Both the position numbers and the translations under genes were made by a program. This document shows positions 1-12,649 of a stretch of 64,000 nucleotides of DNA, piece after piece (positions within the stretch are counted from its first letter, which is position 1; each line of letters begins with the position of its first letter). The notes under the pieces are model-generated. The model saw only the letters and a program-made list of their open reading frames with translations, searched no databases and was not told the origin of the DNA. The DNA is from Squalus acanthias (Eukaryota), in assembly GCA_030390025.1 (NCBI GenBank), contig CM059433.1, forward strand, positions 26,414,001-26,478,000, read 5' to 3'.

Positions 1-65
1 AGAGTGAAATCGATAGATTTTTGTTAGGTAAGGGTATCAAGGGATATGGGGCTAAGGCAGGTGGA
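1..65 (+). mobile_element. CR1 LINE 3' fragment
   Basis: Encodes SEIDRFLLGKGIKGYGAKAG, the ORF2 C-terminus seen in other CR1 copies here (e.g. 34760-35071). Confidence 0.75.
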
Positions 66-1659
66 AACACATTGCAAATTAGTCTGTGTAAAGCCAAAGG
101 AGAAACATATGCAGAACAAGAGGCAAAGGGCAGTCCCAGAAGCTCTCAACGATGCCTAAGAGAACCCATGTTTTCAGGGCAGCACTTTATAGGGAGACCA
201 GAAATGAAAGGGAGGGAAAAGGAGATGGAGTGTTCCTGTGCCTAGGCTCGTGTTATGGTGCCGTAGCCCATCGCCTTGTGGGTTTCAGCTGAACATTCAC
301 ACCACCGATCTGCAGACTCCATCGCCATTGCACCGATGACAAATTGAAAGGTGACACAGGCTAAAATTCAAAGATTGTAGTGATGCAGGACCCACAAAAC
401 ACACAACTAGCACAGCATGAATGACATGAATTTTGCTGATGCAAGATCCCCAAACCAAACACAGGGGTTTTGTCGAATCCCTAGTCTAATCTGTAGGCTT
501 TCAGATTCAGCTGAGCAATTGGCATTTTTTCGTTCTATGTTTTATTATATTAAAAAATCAATAACATTCTGCATGGATATTGTCAAAGATGTTTAACAGA
601 AAAGATCGATTTAAGTTGGAAATAGTGCAGGGCTATTTACAAACCAAAATCTTTAATAAGCCATCTATGCTCCAGTAAAACATAGCAGTCAAAGGAAGAT
701 TGTGCTCAATCATAGTCTGCAAGAATACTCATCTCTTGTTTTTCCCTTTCAGTAAGTCTCAGTGATTCTCTGGGTAGCACTTAGCTTTCATGAAAAAAAT
801 CCTTTAGATTGTAAAACTACTGCATACAGTAATAAGTATGGTATGAGTAAAGAACCAGACGTTGGATCCAGCTAATTAATCCACGTTTTACACAATGGAA
901 TTTAAAGCTAGGTCAGCACGTTCGTTTAAAAAAAATAAAAAGTAGCATTACTGTTACATGGTTTATTTAAAGATTACATATGATTTAAGAACCTTTAGTG
1001 TTAGAAATCTCCAGAATGCCGTGGTGGAGTCATGATCTCACCATGGCGTGATATGATTTGGTTTTGCCACTGCTGTTCCCCACATAGTGAGTTCCTAATC
1101 ACAGCCAAGCGGCCTAGGGAGGTAGCAGTTGGAGGTAAGACACTTAATGAGGGAGGTTCTCAAAGGGCATCAATCTGCACCTCTCATGCGCACTTTTTGG
1201 CAGGCCATTCAAGAGTGACATTGGCAAGAGCTGAGGATCAGCTTCCTGCAATCCTCGTGGTCAGGAAATGAAATGTTATCCAAGAGGGACTGAAAAGGTC
1301 AAGAAGAAAATAACTTACAAAACATTGAAAGGAAAATGAAAGAAACATGCTTGAAATTATTTTTACAGATGTTACATGACGAAAACTTGTGCTTATTTTG
1401 AAGGGTCTAAAGGACATTCTTTATGTTAATCATTGTATAATAAAGGATAGAATTATACCAGTCAGACTAATGGTTTCAGATCAGAGTCCGACTTCCTGTA
1501 AAGAATGCCGTTTTACTGTATTTTTTGTTGGTAATGCTGTATGTGAACTTCAGTAACATCGAATTGTTCAGATATTTTCATCTAAGATCACAATATAACA
1601 ATATACAACTTGCTGCTCCTCAAATTAAGATTCCATACTTCAAGGGTTCAGAGAATTAC

Positions 1660-2000
1660 TCAGGTTTGATGCTGGTCTGTGCTGAGTTAGCTAATCTCAG
1701 GCAGGACAGCAGTAGAAGTTCTAATACTAGCCTCAGCATTGCCGGATTAGAAAGTGGAAAACTGGCCGAGGTTCCTGATTGCCTATCCAGTGACTGTTGC
1801 TGCAAGTGCACGCACGGGAAAGTCAGGTGAGGGCAGGAGTGGGCTTGGCAGTGAATCCCTACAAAAATCGATTAGCCTGCCAACACTCACTGCCAAGTCA
1901 CAACCATGAATAATAAGCTACTGGAGTGCAACTGGCTCTGATAATTTACCCCAGCAAAGAGTCAATGATATCAGAAGAGAAAGGGAAAGGAGAACATTTG
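1660..2000 (+). mobile_element. Old SINE-like repeat (possibly AmnSINE2-like)
   Basis: GGTCTGTGCTGAGTTAGCTAATCTCAG...CCTGCCAACACTCACTG...CCCCAGCAAAGAGTCAATG; a second diverged copy lies at 57790-58375. Family name is from memory only. Confidence 0.45.
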
Positions 2001-2176
2001 CAAGAAAAAAGGAAAAAATAAAAGTTCCATACTCCTGCATCCAAGTATAATGATTCCTGTTTCAGTCAGGACTGTTGTTCAGTACCACTATCGATGCAGG
2101 TAGGAGACTCTTTCACATCTGTCTCTCACTGCTTTTTCCCTTTGGCTAGTTGCATTCTTCTCTCAGTCACTTTGTT

Positions 2177-2860
2177 ACATAGAATTACATAGAAATTACA
2201 ACAGGCCATTCAGCCCAATCATTCTGTGTTGGTGTTTATCATTTGACCAGTAGTTCTAATCCCATGTCCTTTATTCCCTTTTCCTTCAATCTCCTAGCCA
2301 ACCTATTCTTAATTGTTGACACGGTCTCTGCTTCAATCTCCAACTCCAGTAGTGCATTCCACAGCCTCACAACTCTTTGTGTAAAAAAAGTTTCTCCTGC
2401 ACTCAGTCCTAAATATCTTACATTTAATTTTATGTCCATGTCCCCTTGCTCTCACTCACTGGAAAAAGTCTGGGGGAGAATTTCCACGGAGGTTCCCTGA
2501 TCACCTGTCATTACTTCAGTGAAAGATCAGCAGAAGCCCCAGAGAAATAGCACAAATAGTTGCTCATGCCGTTTCGCTGGGCTTTTAATGATCTTCCGCG
2601 AAATTACATCAGGAGATCGGGAGAACCCCAGCAGAAAGTACTGGTAACTGTTTCTATCTAGTCTTTCCCATCCCTTCATAATTTTAAACACCTCGATTAA
2701 ATCACCCATTAATCTCCTCTGTTCTAACAAAAACTGCCCCAATTTTTCTTTCTTCATTCTTGTATCTCCTCATACCAGGCAGCAGCCTAGTGAATATGCT
2801 CTGTACCCTCTCTATAGCCTCAACACCCTTCCTAAAGTGTGAAACTCAAAACAGCACTTT
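2177..2860 (-). mobile_element. CR1 LINE 3' fragment, split by a hairpin element
   Basis: Tail CATAGAATTACATAGAA at 2178; FFTQRVVRLWNAL (2239-2439) and LEQRRLMGDLIEVFKIMKG (2527-2757). Confidence 0.85.
2472..2640. mobile_element. Short degenerate fold-back element (MITE-like)
   Basis: Arms 2481-2547 and 2572-2637 are imperfect reverse complements; the left end GGGGGAGAATTT resembles the Harbinger TIRs in this window. Confidence 0.6.
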
Positions 2861-2979
2861 ACTGTTTATCTCCACTTGTCTGAGTCTATCTTAATTTATG
2901 CATATTCTTGGCTATGTTTTCTGCATATCTTAAATAATATGTACACATACCCAGAACACTTGTTACTACCTATAGCATA

Positions 2980-3434
2980 GTCAGCCATGGCTCAGTGGTA
3001 ACACTCTCGCCTGTCAGTCACGGAAGGTCCTGGGTTCAAGTCCCACTCCAGAGACTTCAGCACAAAATCTAGGCTGACACTCCAGTGCAGTGCTGCAGGA
3101 GTGCTGCACTGTCAGAGATGCCATCTTTCAGATGAGATGTTAAACTGAGGCCCCATCTGCCCTCTAAGGTGGACATAAAAGATCCCATGACACTATTTCA
3201 AAGAAGAGCAGGGGGGTGCTGGCCAATATTTATCCCTCAACCAACATCACCAAAAATAAAATTATCCAGTCATTTCACATTGCTGTTTGTGGGAACTTGC
3301 TGTGCACAAATTGGCTGCTGCATTTCCTACATTGCAACAGTGACTACACTTTAAAAAGTACTTAATCAGCTGTAAAGTGCTTTGGGACATCCTGAGGTCA
3401 TGAAAAGTGCTATATAAATGCAGGTCTTTCTTTT
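2980..3434 (+). mobile_element. Full-length tRNA-headed Deu-domain SINE (SacSINE1-like)
   Basis: Pol III A-box TGGCTCAGTGG and B-box GGTTCAAGTCCC; central GATGAGATGTTAAACTGAGG...AAAGATCCCATG...TTGCTGTTTGTGGGA recognised as the Deu domain; L2-like tail ending GCTATATAAATGCAGGTCTTTC. Confidence 0.85.
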
Positions 3435-3499
3435 AGACAAAAGACGCTTAAATTATTTATTTTAAATGAGCTAATGCGGGTCATGACACAAAGATAGTG

Positions 3500-4078
3500 C
3501 ACTATTCCAACGCACTCCTGACTGGCCTCCCACATTCTACCCTACGTAAACTTGAGGTCATCTAAAACTCGGCTGCCCCGTCCTAACTCGCACCAAGTCC
3601 CGTTCACCCATCACCCCTGTGCTCGCTGACCTACATTGGCTCCCGGTTAAGCAACGCCTCGATTTCAAAATTCTCATCCTTGTTTTCAAATCCCTCCATG
3701 GCCTCGCCCCTCCCTATCTCTGTAATCTCCTTCTGCCCCACAGCCCCCCCGAGATATCTGCCCTCCTCTAATTCTGCCCTCTTGAGCATCCCTGATAATA
3801 ATCGCTCAACCTTTGGTGGCCGTGCCTTCTGTTGCTTAGGCCCTAAGCTCTGGAATTCCCTGCCTAAACCTCCCCGCCTCGCTACCTCTCTTTCCTCCTT
3901 TAAGACGCTCCTTAAAACCTACCTCTTTGACCAAGTTTTTGGTCACCTCCGCTAATTTCTCCTTATGTGGCTCAGTGTCAAATTTTTTGACTTTTAATAC
4001 TCCTGTGAAGTGCCTTGGGACATTTTACTACATTAAAGGTGCTATATAAATACAAGCTGCAGTAGTAGTTGTTGTTGT
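3500..4078 (+). mobile_element. L2-clade LINE 3' fragment
   Basis: PITPVLADLHWLPVKQRLDFKILILVFKSLHGLAPPYL and LWNSLP...FKTLLKTYLF; tail GCTATATAAATACAAG followed by (GTA/GTT)n. Confidence 0.85.
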
Positions 4079-4755
4079 ATCGGAACCCCTCCCCAAAGCA
4101 CTGTGCTATCAAGTGGTAGAATTCTGTTTCAGGCCTATGATCATTCGTATGTTGAGTTCTCGATCTCTGTGGACAACTGTCAAATAAAGGCCAGGCACTA
4201 ACTCTACAGGAAGAGAGAGAAAACAACAGTGGAAGTAACCCTGGGATATTGTCAAGTACCTCTCATTGGCCGTTTCAGCAGGGTCCTGGAAACATATGGC
4301 TGTTCCTGTTCTCTCAGATAGATTAACACCTGGAAAATTGTACAAGTGAGAAAATGCTTTACAAAACAGGAAGTTTCACCCTCAAAATGGGAAAAAAGTT
4401 GAATGTTTTCTCTTACTATTTTAAAAAGTAATCAGGACTGATAAAAAGCGATGAACGTGGAAACCAAGGGAGTAAAATTAATCTGAAGTGGGCAATAATC
4501 CTTTTTGGAAGATACAAATGCGATGACAGACCAAATTGCCAGCTCAAGGATGCGTATGATTTCCAAGGAGGGTGTCTCCAACTGCTCATGTTTTGATCTC
4601 CACTGAGTACAAACATGCAATGTTCAATGGTTCACTCAAATCCTTCCACAACTGGTGGGCAGAGCAGGATTTTGACTGCTTTATTGGGCCAAACTTCCAA
4701 ATTACCACATAAATATTTTTTTCCATGTGGGCTGGCCATCTGCTTTTTATTGTGA

Positions 4756-6620
4756 TAGAATCATAGAATCAAACAGCACAGAAGGAGACCATTTGGCCCA
4801 TCGTGCCTGTGCCGGCTCTTTGAAAAAGCTATCTAATTAGTCCCATTGCCCAGCTCATTCCCCATTGCCCTGCAAATTATTTCTTTTCAAATACTTATCC
4901 AATTCTCTTTTGAAAGTTACTATTGAATCTGCTTCCAGCACCCTTTCAGGCAGTGCATTCCAGATCATAGCAACTCGCTGTGTAAAAAAATATTCTCCTC
5001 ATCTCCCCTCTGACTTTTTTGCCAATTATCTTAAACCTGTGCCCTCTGGTTACCAACCCTCCTGCCAGTGGAAACAGTTTCTCCCTATCTACTCTGTCAA
5101 AACCCCTCATAATTTGAACAACTCTGTTATAAATTTCCCCTTTTCCTTCTTTGCTCTAAGGAGAACAATCTCAGCTTCTCTAATCTCTCCACACAACTGA
5201 ATTCCCTCAACCCTGGTTCCATTCTAGTAAATCCCCTCTGCACCTTCTCAAAGGCCTTGACATCCTTCCTAAAGGGTGGTGCCTAGAATTGGACACAATA
5301 CTCTCGAGCTAAGATCCAACCAGGGATCTATAAAGATTTACCACAATTTCCTTGTTTTTGTAGTTGCCTCTATTTATAAAGCCAAGGACTCCATACGCTT
5401 TTTTAACAGCTCCATCAACTTGTCCCGCCACTTTCAAAGATTTGTGTACGTACACCCCCAGGTCTCTCTGTTCTTGCACCCCCTTTAAAATTATACCATT
5501 TAGTTTCTATTGCCTCTCCTCAATTTTCTTTCCAAAATGCATCACTTCACACTTCTCTGCATTAAATTTCATCTGCCATGTGTCTGCCCATTTCACCAAT
5601 CTGTCTATGTCCTCCTGAAGTCTGTTACTATCCTCCTTACTATTCACTACATCACATTTCTGAGTTTTGCGTCATTTGCAAACTTTGAAATTATGTCCTG
5701 TATACCCAAGTCTAGGTCATTAATATATATCAAAATGACCAGTGGTCCTAATCCCAACCCCTGGGGGACAACACTGTATACTTCCCTCCAGTTTGAAAAC
5801 AACCGTGCACCACTACTCTCTGCTTTCTGTCCCCAAGCCAATTTTGTATCCACACAGCCACTGCCCCTTTAATCCCATGGGCTTCAATTTTACTAACATC
5901 TATTATGTGGTACTTTTATCATATATGAGGTCCATATACAGAACATCAACTACACTACCTACATCAATCCACTCCATTACTTCATGAAAAAACTCAATCA
6001 AGTTTGTCAGACACGATTTGCCTTTAACAAATCCATGCTGGCTGTCATTTATTTACCCAGGCTTTTCCAATTGATGATTTTGTCCCGGATTAATGTTTCT
6101 AAATGTTTCCCAACCACAGACATTAGGCTTTCTGACAGGGGTGTAACATTTGCAATCCTCCAGTCCTCTGGCACCACTCCCATATCCAGGGGGGACTGGA
6201 AGATTGTGGCCAGAGCCTTCGCTATTTCCACCCTTACTTCCCTCAGTAACCTAGGATGCATCCTATCCGGGCCAGGAGACTTTTCTACTTTTGAATGCTG
6301 CCAACCTTTTAAGTACCTCCTCTTTATTTATTTTTATCCTATCCAATTTCTCTACTACCTCCTCCTTTACTGTGACTTTGGCAGCATTCTCTTCTCTAGT
6401 GAAGACAGATGCAAACTATTCATTTAATACATCAGCCATGCCCGCAGACCCACCCTTCCGTTGACTATCCTTTTACTATTTATATGTTTATAAAAGACCT
6501 TAGTATTCCCTTTTATATCTGCTACTCTTTACTCATACATACTCTTTGCCCCTCTTATTTCCTTTTCCAGTTCTCCTTTGCCCTTTCTGTATTCTGCTTC
6601 ATTCTCCACTGTATTATGAA
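4756..6620 (-). mobile_element. CR1 LINE, 5'-truncated and decayed
   Basis: ATAGAATCATAGAATC tail; RT motifs VPQGLGLGPL/ISKFAND (5647-5853) and HPRLLREV...PEDWRIANVTPL (6049-6261). Confidence 0.9.
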
Positions 6621-6940
6621 TCTATATTGGTGGTGTCCTCCTTCAAGGGAAGTGCTTGCTAATGCTCTGGTGCATTGGGCTTGCTTGGCACCATCCAATT
6701 CCACTGGTCTAATTAGGTCCACTTAAACTGTTCATACAGATTATAGTTGCACGGAATTTCGCAAAGGTTGACAAACTCCATGCAATCAATGAAATATAGC
6801 TTCAAGAGTGCCTGACAAGCCCTTGACAGCAGTTAATGAGGCCCTGAAGAGTTTAAACCAGCTGAAATTTGGGATTTCTCTTGGCGATGCAGGGCAACTG
6901 GCAGCAGCAGCAAAAGGCAAGATTCACTCATGTAGTCCTC

Positions 6941-9900
6941 CACTCCAGACCCACAGCAATGTGGTTGACTCTTAACTGCCCTCTGAAATGGCTGAGCAAG
7001 CTACTCAGTTGTAAAAAACCACTACGAAAAAACAATAAGAATAATACCGGACGGACCACCCGACATCGACCTCGACACCAGCTACAGACACGACAACGGC
7101 ACACCCAGCCCAGTCGAACCTGCAAAGTCCTCCTCACCAACATCTGGGGACTTGTGCCAAAATTGGGAGAGCTGTCCCACAGAGTAGTCAAGCAACAGCC
7201 TGACACAGTCATACTCACAGAATCATACCTTTCAGCCAATGTCCCAAACTCCTCCATCACCATCCCTGGGTATGCCCTGTCCCACCGGCAGGACAGACCC
7301 ACCAGGGGTGGCAGCACAGTGGTATACAGTCAGGAAGGAGTGGCCCTGGGAGTCCTCAACATTGATTCTGGACCCCATGAAGTCTCATGGCTTCAGCTCA
7401 AGCATGGGCAAGGAAACCTCCTGCTGATTACCACCTACTGCCCTCCCTCAATTGATGAATCAGTACTCCTCCATGTTGAACACCACTTGGAAAAAGCACT
7501 GAGAGTAGCAAGGACATAGAATGTACTCTGGGTGGGGGACTTCAATGTCCATCACCAACAGTGGCTCGGTAGCACCACTACTGACCAAGCTGGCTGAGTC
7601 CTAAAGGATATAGCTACCAGTCTGGGCCTGCGACAGGTGGTGAGAGAACCAACACGAGGGAAAAACCTACTTGACCTCATCCTCACCAATCTACCTGTCG
7701 CAGATGCATCTGTCCATGACAGCATTGGTAGCTGTGACCACCGCACAGTCATTGTGGAGACGAAGTCCCGTGTTCACACTGAGGACACCCTCCATCGTGT
7801 TGTGTGGCACTACCACCGTGCTAAATGGGATAGATTCAGAACAGATCTACCAGCTCAAAACTGGGCATCTATGAGGCGCTATGGGCCATCATCAGCAGCA
7901 GAATTGTATTCCACCACAATCTGTAACCTCATGGCCCGGCATATCCCTCACTCTACCATTACCATCAAGCCAGGGGATCAACCCTGGTTCAATAAGGAGT
8001 GTAGAAGAGAATGCCAGGAGCAGCACCAGGCGTACCTAAAAATGAGGTGCCAACCTGGGGAAGCTGCAACACAGGACTACATGCATGCTAAAAAGCAGAA
8101 GCAGAATGCTATAGACAGGGCTCAGCGATCCCACAATCAACGGATCAGATCAAAGCTCTGCAGTCCTGCCACATCCAGTCGTGAATGGTGGTGGACCATT
8201 AAACAACTAACGGGAGGAGAGGGCTCCATGAATATCCCCATCCTCAATGATGGTGGAGCCTAACACCTGAATGCAAAAGACATGGCTGAAGCATTTGCAA
8301 CCATCTTCAGCCAGAAGTGCCGAGTGGATGATCCATATCAGCCTACTCCTGAGGTCCCCACCACCACAGAAGGCAGTCTTCAGCCAATTCAATTTACTCC
8401 ACGTGATATCAAGAAACTGCTGAGTGCACTGGATACAGCAAAGGCTATGGGCCCCGACAACATCCTGGCTGTCGTGCTGAAGACTTGTGCTCCAGAACTA
8501 GCTGCGCCTCTAGCCAAGCTGCTCCAGTACAGCTACAACACTGGCATCTATCTGACAATGTGGAAAACTGCCCAGGTATGTCCTGTCCACAAAAAGCAGG
8601 ACAATTCAATCCGGCTAATTACTGCCCCATCAGTCTACTATCAATCATCAGCAAAATGATGGAAGGGATCATATACAGTGCTGTCAAGCAGCACTTACTC
8701 ACCAATAACCTGCTCACTGATGCCCTGTTTGGGTTCCGCCAGGAATACTCAGCTCCAGACCTCATTACAGCCTTGGTCCAAACATGGACAAAAGAGCTGA
8801 ATTCCAGCTGTGAGGTGAGAGTGACTGCCCTTGACATCAAGGCAACATTTGACCGAGTGTGGCACCAAGGAGCCCTAGTAAAACTGAAGTCAATGAGAAT
8901 CGGGGGGAAAACTCTCCGCTGGCTGGCACAAAGGAAGATGGTTGTGGTGGTTGAAGGTCAATCATCACAGCCGTAGGACATCGCTGCAGGAGTTCCTCAG
9001 GGCAGTGTCCTAGGCCCAACCATCTTCAGCTGTTTCATCAATGACCTTCCCTCCAACATAAGGTCATAAATGGAGATGTTCACTGGTGACTGCACAGTGT
9101 TCAGTGCCATTTGCAACTCCTCAGATAATGAAGCAGTCCATGCCCGCATGCAGCAAGACCTGGACGACATTCAGGCTTGGGCTGACAAGTGGCAGGTAAC
9201 ATTCGCGCCACACAAGTGCCAGGCAATGACTATCTCCAACAACTGAGTGTCTAACCACTGCCCCTTGACATTCAATGGCATTACCATCGTTGAATCCCCC
9301 ACCATTAACATCCTGGGGGTCACCATTGACCAGAAACTTAACTGGACCAACCACATAAATACTGTGGCAACAAAAGCAGGTCAGAGGCTGGGTATTCTGT
9401 GGCGAGTGTCACACCTCCTGACTCCCCAAAGCCTTTCCACCATCTACAAGGCACAAGTAAGGAGTGTGATGGAATACGCTCCAGTTGCCTGGATGACTGC
9501 AGCTCCAACAACACTCAAGAAGCTCGACACCATCCAATACAAAGCAGCCCACTTGATTGGCACCCCATCTACCACCTTAAATATTCACTCCATCCACCAC
9601 TGGCGTACCGTGGCTGCAGCGTGTACCATCTACAAGATGCACTGCAGCAACTCGCCAAGGGTTCTTCGGCAGCAATCTCTACCACCTAGAAGGACAAGGG
9701 CAGCAGGCGCATGGGAACACCACCACCTTCAAGTTACTCTCCAAGTCACATACCATCCTGACTTGGAAGTATATCGCCAATCCTTCATCGTCGCTGGGTG
9801 AAAATCCTGGAACTCCCTCCCTAACAGCACTGTGGAAGTACCTTCACCACACGGACTACAGCGGTTCAAGAAGGCGGCTCACCACCACCTTCTCAAGGGC

Positions 9901-9970
9901 AATTAGGGATGGGCAATAAATTCTGGCCTTGCCGGTGACGCCCACATCCCAGGAACGAAAAAAAAAAAAT
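6941..9970 (+). mobile_element. Poly(A)-tailed LINE with APE and RT (CR1/L2 group, distinct from the dominant CR1), pseudogenised
   Basis: APE: NIWGL...PDTVILTES, GDFNVH, LDLIL, CDH. RT: PISLLSIISK, QGSVLGP, decayed FADD (FTGD). Several stops and frameshifts; AATAAA and an A-run ending ~9969. Confidence 0.9.
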
Positions 9971-10559
9971 TATGGTGACAGCAGTGTTTGCTACCCAGCA
10001 CACTTGGTGGGATGGGCGATAGAAGTATAATGACTTGAGGAGAAGCGCAAATTAGGTGTTCTCAGCAGAGTCTTATTTGTATTTACATGTGCATGATAGG
10101 CTTTTGTGGAGGGGGGTTGGGGGCGCAATAGGGTAGGCACTAATGGCTGAATTATCGTGACTTTACATGAAGTGAAGTCACTAATTTGTTGAACTCAAAG
10201 GCCATAGAGCATTCAAATAGCACTAACCATATCTCACTGACTTACTATATTGCTGCACAGTGAACTTGCTGCCCTAATATCCAAATTCATTACTTTACAA
10301 GACAAGCTAGCATTTAATAAAAAGGAAGCAACAGGTGACCAGGGGTAGTGTTCCTCAGATCCACATGCTCATTACGTTTAAGGAATCATTAATGTGATAG
10401 ATTGTGGGGACCTAAAGGGCCTGGGGTGCAACAAGATAGGTGTGATGCCCATGACCTAGAAATTCAGAGCCAGCTGTATTGTCTTAAACAAACATTAGGC
10501 CCCTTATTTGTAATATGCAAAGGAGCTAATACCTGTTTCAAGTGTGGGCACTGGCATTT

Positions 10560-10697
10560 TTTTTCTTCCCTATACCAATATGGCGGGTGACGCACTTCTG
10601 GCTCATGATGAGTGCTGCTTCCTGCCTTCCATATCAGAGGCTTAGGTGACCATTTAACGCCTGAAAAACAGGCGCTCTGCATCAAATTTCTAGGCCC
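10560..10697. mobile_element. Orphan Harbinger-type terminus
   Basis: AATTTCTAGGCCC at 10685-10697 (rc GGGCCTAGAAATT) resembles the TIR at 22009; partner end not found. Confidence 0.4.
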
Positions 10698-10825
10698 ATA
10701 TATCCTACAGTGCCCTGGAGAATAAGTATTGTAATTATAATAATACCTTATTGCCTTGTGATGAACACATCTAAAGATGGAAAACCAGAAATGAGGCAAT
10801 TTTGCAGGGGAAAGCCCACAATATA

Positions 10826-11582
10826 GGGCTGGATTTTGCCAATGGGGAGCTTTTGGAGGCGGGACTCCCAGTTGTCGGGTTTCAGTCCCGCCTCCATCAA
10901 CTTCTGGCCAACCCACGCTATTTTCCCTTGATTGACCTTGTTAAGCCCGCCCAGCGGGCTTAGCAGGCCAATTACAGAGAACGTCAACGTATGACGTTAC
11001 ATCTGTCAAAAAGTTTTGACAGATGAATTGTCATCGTTTGAAAGCTCTGTGAAGCTGTCAGACACTGACATTCTCTGTAGTTCGATGAGTTCTTGAATTC
11101 AAGATGCATCAAACCTTTTTATTTAGCAGAAATTAAATGGTTGTTGCATTGGAGAATGCAGCAGCCATCTGTCATCTCTGCCGCGCTGGTGCGAGACTCT
11201 CCGCATCCCCAACTCTTGAGGCCTGCAGGAAGAAACAAAGGTAAGTAAACTTTTACTAACACTTTCCACTCACCTCACATACTCACCGCTCCACACTTGC
11301 ACCCATCACCTACCTCACAGTGCACTTTTGCACCCCTCCGACCCCCGCAGACCCACTACTCGCCTCGGTGACCCTGGCGGGGTTCAGAGCCTTCGGGAAG
11401 CCCGCACTTGTGTGGGTAAAATGGGGATAATCCTCTTACCGGCGCGGGTCAGCTACCCACCTCCTGGCAAGAAGGCACGGAGGCGGGTTGGGGGCGGGTT
11501 GGGCACCCGCCCCCAAATTCTGCCATTTTCCCGGCAGTCCTGCCTCCATACCTGCCTCCCCAGGGCTGGCAAAATCGCGCCC
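10826..11582. mobile_element. Non-autonomous Harbinger element (757 bp)
   Basis: TIRs GGGCTGGATTTTGCCA / rc GGGCGCGATTTTGCCA; 3-bp TSD ATA on both sides; no transposase ORF. Confidence 0.85.
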
Positions 11583-11924
11583 ATAATTACTGAAGCAACG
11601 ACCATTGCAAAGACATCGTCAACAAAGCAGTAATGAGAGCTCATCTGTGAAAAGTCAGCAAGTCGTGGAGACCGCACGCTCAATTTCCTGATACGTCCTG
11701 CTGGTGGACGAGATCACAGTTTCGTAACGTTGGGCTCATGGGAATTACATACAGCAATGGTAAAGATGCAAGGAAAGGGAGCTCAATGGCTGCAGAAATT
11801 ACAGACAGCCAGCCTTAGTAGGCTTTTCCTAGTTACTTAGCAAGCTTACCATCCCTGGATTAGAAAATAAATTGCTATTTCACTGGACTCTTGCTGCTGC
11901 CAAAAAGGAATTAACAGGGAGACA

Positions 11925-12638
11925 ATAGGAACACGGGACAGAAAAGGTGGTTCTGTTTGGTAAGAGAAATAAGGAGGCCACTTATTCCTTGAAAGGTAAG
12001 AAACTAAATGGTAAGAGGAGTAAAGAGATCTGGGAATACAGATACATAAACCACTAAAAGTAGCAACACAAGTAGATAAGGCAATAAAAAGTGCAAAGAA
12101 AGTAAATTTCCAGAGGAATAGAATGCAAAAGCAGGGGGGGTAATGCAAAATTTACATAGAACCTTGGTTAGACCACACTTGGAGTACTGTGTGCAGTTCT
12201 GATCTTCATAATACAAAAAGGATATTGAAACACTGAATAAAGTGCATAAAAGATTTACAAGGATTTAAAATTATGAAGGGGTTTGATAGAGCGGATGTGG
12301 AAAAACTCTTTCCACTTGTGGGTGAGTCCAGAACAAGGGGGCATCAATATAAGATAGCCACTAACGGATCAAATAAAGAATTTAGAAGGAATTTACACAG
12401 ATTGTGGCAAAAATGTGGCATTCGCTGCCACATGGAATGGTTAAAGCAGATAGCATTGATGCCTTTAAGGGGAGCCTTGATGCATACATGAGGCAGAAAG
12501 CAACAGAGGGGTATGGGGGCAGGGTAGGAAGAGATAATTAGAGTAGGAGGAGCCTCATATGGAGTACAAACTCCACCATAGATCAGTTGGGCTGAATAGC
12601 CTGTTTATGTGCTGTAGATTCTATGTAATTCTATGTAA
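11925..12638 (+). mobile_element. CR1 LINE 3' fragment
   Basis: LVRPHLEYCVQF and KLFPLVGESRTRGHQYKI; tail ATTCTATGTAATTCTATGTAA. Confidence 0.85.
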
Positions 12639-12649
12639 CTCAACAAGAA

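Noticed and set aside
2980..3050. tRNA gene
   Set aside because: The A/B boxes are the head of a SINE that continues for ~380 bp.
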